The notes under the pieces were generated by a model that was given only the letters and a program-made list of their open reading frames with translations, searched no databases and was not told the origin of the DNA. The position numbers and the translations under genes are program-made. A DNA stretch of 64,000 nucleotides from an uncultured Actinomycetes bacterium (GTDB lineage: Bacteria; Actinomycetota; Thermoleophilia; RBG-16-64-13): positions 736,001-800,000 of the forward strand of contig CAWJDT010000001.1 of NCBI GenBank assembly GCA_963841735.1, written 5' to 3'. Positions 58,910 through 64,000 of this stretch are shown piece after piece. Numbering within the stretch: the first letter of the stretch is position 1; every line of letters begins with the position of its first letter.

Positions 58910-61900
58910 CTAGGCCCGCTCCCTCAGCGGTAGGCGTCCCAAGAACGAGTTGCCCGTGCGTCCGTCGATGGAGAGCCAATCTCCGGGCTTCAGCTCGGTT
59001 CCCGCCAAGCGGGCGGTGCCTTGGTGCTCCAGCACCTCCAGCGACCGGCAATCGACCACGGCGGTCTTGCCCAGACGCTTAGCAGTGACGGCTGCGTGCG
59101 AGGTCGCCCCGCCCCTAGCTGTGAGGAGGCCGGAGACTCGGGTGATCATGGCGATGTCTTCGGGCACTGTGTCCGGGCGCAGCAGAAGGATGTTGTCTTC
59201 GGGCGCTTCCGCAGTCAGGCGGTCGATCTGCTCCATGTCGATGGCCACCCGGCCCGAGTAAGCCCCGCCCGACACTCCCATACCCACCGCGAGCGGAGGG
59301 CCAAAAAGCTTTGAGTGGGCGTCGAAGAAAGGAGCATCGTCTTGTTGCTCGTGCACCATGGGACGCTTCTGTAGGATGTAGAGGTCGTCGCCCGAGGCTG
59401 ATTCAAAGGTGAACTCAATCTCCTGCGCGTCGTGTTCACGCCTGCCCACCAGGTCGCGGGCCACCCCGAGCAGAGCCTGGTAGACCTCGGGATAATCCTT
59501 TTCCAAAGAATGCTCCAGTCCCCGGTAGGTGGGGCTGCCGAGCCGCTGGGCTTCGGAGATGGGCCAGGGGAACACCAGGCCACCGACCAGGTCCTCTCCT
59601 TGGCTGCGGGCGGTGAAGTCTCCAAAGAGCCGCACCTGGCTGCTGTAGGGCTCCAGAGGGTTGCGGGTGAAGGTGACACCCGACCCCGATTCGCGACTGA
59701 GGTTGCCGAAGACCATGCGCTGCACCACTACGGCCGTGCCCCATTCCGGAGCGATGCCCAGATAGCGGCGGAAGAGCTGCGCCTCTGGAGAGTCCCAGGA
59801 GCTGAGCACCTTGCGCACACACCCCACTACCTGGCGGAAGGGATCGTCGATGAACTTCACGCCCATCTCGCGGGCGCGGGCCTTATAGGCAAGGGCAAGT
59901 GCGCGCATGTGCTCCGGCGGGAAGTCGAGCTTGCGTTCGATGCCGTAGCGAGCCTTGAACTCGGTCATTATGTCGTCGAAGAAGTCCCGTCGGATGCCCG
60001 ACGCCATCGCCCACGCCTGCAGGAAGCGCCGGTAGGAGTCCCACGCAGCCCACTCGAACCCGGGTTTGAGCGAAAGCGTCTCGGTCAAGCGGTCATTGAG
60101 CCCCACGTCGATGAAGGTGGACATGAGCCCCGGCATAGAGATGGCCGCTCCCGACCGTATGGAGAGGGTGAGTAGCCGGGTGGGGTCGCCAAGATTCAGG
60201 CTCGTCTCCTTCTCTAGCCTGCCGAGGGCGACTCGGATGCGCTCAAGGGTGTCGTCGAAGAGGGGCCGGTGGGCCATGGCGGGCATCGCGCCGAACAGCT
60301 CCGTGGAGAGGATGAAGCCCGGCGGCACCCTGTGCCCATAGGAGGCCATCTGTTTCAGGCCTAGGCCCTTGAAGCCCAAGGTCCTCTGATCGTCGGTGCT
60401 GGCCTTCGCGCTGTGTATGGGCGAGATCAGGCGCTCGGGGTCGTAGTTCATCATGCGGGTTAGGGCCGGGTTGCTCAGTCGGCCGGTGAGAGTCGAGATC
60501 TGCCGCAGCGCGGCCGAGACGAAGCGGTCGAGGGTCTGCATGCCCAGAGCCGACACCAACACTTCGCGCAGCACCATCTCGGCGACGGCGTCCAGCGACA
60601 TGCCCCTCGCCTCGCACTGCCGGGGATCGTGCTCGAGTACGGTGTGGAGCACCTGGTCGTGGCTGAGGATGGAGGTCCGCGACAGTTCTGTGACTGAGGC
60701 TACGATGAACTGGAAGACATTGCGGTACTGGTGGAAGGTGAAGTTGTAGCTGCTGAAGCTCGACTCCAGCAATCTCATGTTGGCGGCCAAGTCGCGGGAG
60801 TCAATGCCGTCCGCGGCCAAAGCGCGTTCGAAGCGGCGGATCGTAGCGCTCATGCGGCGCAGGGAGTCGCGGGTCACGTAGTGGTCGACCCCCTCCGATA
60901 CCAGGTCCTCCAGCAGGCGTGTCACCAGGTTCTCTACTCGGAACGACAGCCCCAACGCGTCGAACTTGGCCTCCGTATAGGTGCCGTAGATTGAGGGGAT
61001 GCCGGCTGCGATGTGGCGCTTCTGGTAGATGTTCTCCACAGCCACAGACGGGGTGGGGCTGAGGACGATAGTCTGCAACTCCTCCAGAAGCATGAGTGCT
61101 ACGTCGAGCAGGCGCTCACGGGAGGCATGGGTGCGTTCCTGCTGCCAGGCCGCGAGGGCTTTGCCGAAAGACAGTCGCGTGGGCGAAGCCAGCTGCAGGT
61201 GCCGGCTCACTGCCGGGCCTACGTCGTCGGCCGAGAGCGAGTATTTCTGAGCCAGCAGCTGATGGGTGCGGACCATCAGGGCCACTCGCCTGTGACACTG
61301 GCCTCCCACCAAGTCGCATTGCGAGCCGCCGGCCAGGGCCTCCTCCAGGTCGGTCGCGGACATCTGGATCAGCCGCTCCACGAAGGCGTCGATACCCTTG
61401 GGCGACAAAGGCTCCGGCGGTTCCGGTGCGAGCGGCCCCTGGTGCTGTACCGGCAGGGACTCCCGCAGGGCGAGCAGCATATCGTGCGGCTGCTTTGCCC
61501 ACTCCAGTTCACGCTGCACGGCAGCCAAGGTGTTGGCCGAGAGATACGGTTCCAACCCTTTCGTATCTAAGGTGAGCCAATAGGTGAAGACCGCCCGGGC
61601 GAAGGCCACCAGCCGGTTTGACGATTCCGCGTGCGACTGCTTGCGCACGAAGTGCATCAAAGTGTCCCGCCGCCCGCAGATCTCGTCGAGCTCCGTGGAG
61701 ACGGCGCGAAGCTCGCCCTCGGCGCCCACGTCGTTGAAATACACGGGAAAGGAGCGTAGCAACTGCTTGGCCACGAAGTAGATGGGCCTGATGTCGGCAT
61801 TGAGGAAGCGGGTAACATCTCGCTGAAAGAGGTCCGTGTCGGCGATATACACGCCGCCCAAGCGCAACTGCACATTGAGGGCCGCCGCCAGCCGTTCGTA

Positions 61901-63106
61901 CAGGGCTGGGTTGGACTCGATGATGTGCATCCAGCACCGGATCTTGGGCAGGTGGTAGGGGTTGACCACCGTCTCCCATTCGTCAGTGGCGCCCTGGATC
62001 TCGGGGTACTGGAATCGCCAGTAGAGCACGTCCTCGATCAGGTGGTCGGCCGCGGCCGCGTTGTTGGCTTCGCCGATGGCCACCCCGATGGCTTCGTAGC
62101 ATTGGAAGCGCATCAGTAGGAACTGGTTGTCCCGAGCTCGGAAGAAGCGGGTCAAGCGGCTGAGTACGCGGTCGATGTCCATCTGCCCCTCAGGCCTCAT
62201 GAGCTGGCGCACCACAGTCAGGAGGTCGACCATGACCTCGTTCTGACGGTAGCCCAGCGTGTCGTCCTTGAGGAAGTAGAGGCACACAGCAAACCGGTCT
62301 TCCAGGTTGTCTATGCGAAACACCTGGTCGATGGCCTCGTCAAGGATGGTGGAGAAGGTGGGGAGTTCGGCGGAGAGCAAATCACTCGGCGAGGCTTTCT
62401 CGGCCCGGCCGATCAAGGCCCTGATCCGGTCGGGAGCAAGGGCCGTAAAGCCGGCGGCCACCTTGTCGCGGTCGGTCAGCTCCGCCTCTTCAGACACGGC
62501 CCACTCGGGAATTGGCAACCGCTGCGCCACCCGGCGGTATCCCAAAAGGAGCAACGAGCGGTATAGCTCCGCAAAGGCCGGTGCGATCTTATTCCGGGTG
62601 CTTGCTGCTCGCACCAGGTGGTGTAGCAAGGTGTCGCGCTCCAGCGCGGCCAGGGTCTGACGCGGGATGAAGTCCGAGAGGGACTTGGCGATCTGCTGCA
62701 GAGGCTTGTCATAGGAGTCGCCGTGCGGACCCGACAAGGCCGCCGTACACCAGGTTAGGAGTTGCCGCAGAAGAAGCGAGGCCTGGCCGGTGGAAAGCTG
62801 CGCGTCGAGGAGATCGAGCACCAGTTTGGAGAGTAGGGAGAACATCTTCGCTCGCTCGTCGGAGCGCTCGAGATAGCTCCAATTGCGCAGCAGTATGATC
62901 TGGAAGCCGTCGATGAGCAGGTCGGTGTTGCGGTATGCGTGAAAGTACTCCTCCAGGGTCTCGGTGAGTGGCAAGTTCACCCCGGGGTAGCGTTCGGTCG
63001 CCCGCAGAAGGGGCAGATAGCGATCAGGGATCACTACCGCCTGGGCAGTTCTCCCTATGTTGGCTCGGAGCGCGTCGGAGTCGAGCGGTATCTCGATGGG
63101 GTCCAT
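58910..63106 (-). CDS. Giant PPDK-related dikinase (unknown N-terminal region, ATP-grasp and His domains; no pyruvate-binding barrel)
   Basis: LGFKGLGL, VPPGFI, SIRSGAAISMPGLM, VQRMVFGN, SGSGV.FTRNP, QGEDLV, GGATSHAAV. Confidence 0.85.
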   Translation of the reverse strand: MDPIEIPLDSDALRANIGRTAQAVVIPDRYLPLLRATERYPGVNLPLTETLEEYFHAYRNTDLLIDGFQIILLRNWSYLERSDERAKMFSLLSKLVLDLLDAQLSTGQASLLLRQLLTWCTAALSGPHGDSYDKPLQQIAKSLSDFIPRQTLAALERDTLLHHLVRAASTRNKIAPAFAELYRSLLLLGYRRVAQRLPIPEWAVSEEAELTDRDKVAAGFTALAPDRIRALIGRAEKASPSDLLSAELPTFSTILDEAIDQVFRIDNLEDRFAVCLYFLKDDTLGYRQNEVMVDLLTVVRQLMRPEGQMDIDRVLSRLTRFFRARDNQFLLMRFQCYEAIGVAIGEANNAAAADHLIEDVLYWRFQYPEIQGATDEWETVVNPYHLPKIRCWMHIIESNPALYERLAAALNVQLRLGGVYIADTDLFQRDVTRFLNADIRPIYFVAKQLLRSFPVYFNDVGAEGELRAVSTELDEICGRRDTLMHFVRKQSHAESSNRLVAFARAVFTYWLTLDTKGLEPYLSANTLAAVQRELEWAKQPHDMLLALRESLPVQHQGPLAPEPPEPLSPKGIDAFVERLIQMSATDLEEALAGGSQCDLVGGQCHRRVALMVRTHQLLAQKYSLSADDVGPAVSRHLQLASPTRLSFGKALAAWQQERTHASRERLLDVALMLLEELQTIVLSPTPSVAVENIYQKRHIAAGIPSIYGTYTEAKFDALGLSFRVENLVTRLLEDLVSEGVDHYVTRDSLRRMSATIRRFERALAADGIDSRDLAANMRLLESSFSSYNFTFHQYRNVFQFIVASVTELSRTSILSHDQVLHTVLEHDPRQCEARGMSLDAVAEMVLREVLVSALGMQTLDRFVSAALRQISTLTGRLSNPALTRMMNYDPERLISPIHSAKASTDDQRTLGFKGLGLKQMASYGHRVPPGFILSTELFGAMPAMAHRPLFDDTLERIRVALGRLEKETSLNLGDPTRLLTLSIRSGAAISMPGLMSTFIDVGLNDRLTETLSLKPGFEWAAWDSYRRFLQAWAMASGIRRDFFDDIMTEFKARYGIERKLDFPPEHMRALALAYKARAREMGVKFIDDPFRQVVGCVRKVLSSWDSPEAQLFRRYLGIAPEWGTAVVVQRMVFGNLSRESGSGVTFTRNPLEPYSSQVRLFGDFTARSQGEDLVGGLVFPWPISEAQRLGSPTYRGLEHSLEKDYPEVYQALLGVARDLVGRREHDAQEIEFTFESASGDDLYILQKRPMVHEQQDDAPFFDAHSKLFGPPLAVGMGVSGGAYSGRVAIDMEQIDRLTAEAPEDNILLLRPDTVPEDIAMITRVSGLLTARGGATSHAAVTAKRLGKTAVVDCRSLEVLEHQGTARLAGTELKPGDWLSIDGRTGNSFLGRLPLRERA

Positions 63107-64000
63107 CAGTCCTCTTGGTCGTCGTCTCCGCGCTTCGCGCTCTCGGCGTCCTCGAGCTCGGAGTCTCTGCCGGCTTCAAGGTCGAGGCGGGTGAGGAGCA
63201 CCCGGCCGATACGCATGCCGTCTACTTCGAGTACTTTGGCGTCGAAGTTGCCCACCCGGACTTCGTCGTCCACTCGTGGCCGCCGCTGCAATTGCTCGAA
63301 GACGCGGCCTCCCAACGTGGGAAAGCCCTCCTCGGGCACCCGCAATCCCAAGGTCTCCTCCAGGTACTCGACGCGCGCGGCGCCGTCGACCGAATAGGCG
63401 CCGTCGTCGCGCTCTTCGACCTGTGGCGCCTCCTGGTCGAACTCGTCCTGCACTTCGCCGATGAGCTCCTCCACTATGTCCTGGATGGTGACGATGCCGG
63501 CTGTGCCCCCGTGCTCGTCCACAACGATAGCCAGGGGGGTGCGGGTGCTCTGAAAGCGTTGGAGCGCCAGCTCGATATTGGAGGTCTCGGCGATGAAGCC
63601 TACGGGCCGCAGCAGGCGCCGAAGGGTGGCGTCCGGAGAGGCTCTGTACAGATCCTTCACGTGCACGTACCCCACGATGTTGTCCACGTCTTCTTCGAAG
63701 GCGGGGTAGCGAGTGTGGTTGGTCTCGGCGATCTCCTCGATGGCCCGAGAGACGGTGAACGAAGTGGGCAGGGCGGCCATCTCTGTACGGGGGACCATGA
63801 TTTCGGTCACCGTTTGGTCACCGAAGGTGAGGGCCCGGCGCATGAGGGTCTGTTCAACCTCGTCGATGTGGCCCACTACCTGGCTGGCCTCCAGGATCAT
63901 GCGAAGCTCCTCCTCGGAGTGGGCTAGGTCGCGCTCGGAAGCCGGCTGGATGTGAAAGAGCTTGAGAAGGCCCGCGGCAGATATATACATGAGCCAGGTC
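63106..64000 (-). CDS. Hemolysin/CorC-HlyC CBS-domain protein, 5' part outside the window
   Basis: HSEEEL, IMVPR, HTRYP, VDEHGGTAGIVTIQDIVEELIGE. Confidence 0.9.
   Translation of the reverse strand, partial: TWLMYISAAGLLKLFHIQPASERDLAHSEEELRMILEASQVVGHIDEVEQTLMRRALTFGDQTVTEIMVPRTEMAALPTSFTVSRAIEEIAETNHTRYPAFEEDVDNIVGYVHVKDLYRASPDATLRRLLRPVGFIAETSNIELALQRFQSTRTPLAIVVDEHGGTAGIVTIQDIVEELIGEVQDEFDQEAPQVEERDDGAYSVDGAARVEYLEETLGLRVPEEGFPTLGGRVFEQLQRRPRVDDEVRVGNFDAKVLEVDGMRIGRVLLTRLDLEAGRDSELEDAESAKRGDDDQED

Overview
High-GC chromosomal window with dense, mostly housekeeping or metabolic genes. It most likely comes from an anaerobic actinobacterium, possibly Thermoleophilia-like; this is inferred from leaderless-type promoters, an Rv2191-like exonuclease and an lprG-rv1410c-like pair. 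Contents in order: ArsR/ferredoxin/zinc-ribbon operon, hicBA, slyD, orphan MshEN-PilB, PLP decarboxylase, PadR-TRAP SBP, tautomerase, lgt, GpgS-HAD fusion, FAD/Fe-S oxidoreductase, corA, flgM-like gene, moeA, FAS-II cluster (fabZHDGF-accDA), rarA, yhaM-like HD protein, LprG/P55-like pair, amino-acid ABC transporter, radical SAM amrS, gltA, korABC, a split bzdP...bzdQ-bzdM-bzdV-like module, and a gap plus giant PPDK-like gene pair. No tRNA, rRNA, CRISPR or transposase was seen. About nine single-base insertions break genes, including essential fab/acc genes, so the assembly probably has indel errors. Best leads: (1) a likely unannotated selenoprotein, a zinc ribbon ending ...FG-U-G with a fdhF-like SECIS, in an ArsR operon; (2) a benzoyl-CoA-reductase-type activation module lacking catalytic subunits and split by an exporter/NTase/Wzc cassette; (3) a 1398-aa dikinase without a pyruvate domain next to a divergent GAPDH; (4) an unassigned structured RNA leader with a terminator; (5) a dispersed sigma-28 regulon. 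All family assignments come from recognising motifs by eye, not from database searches.
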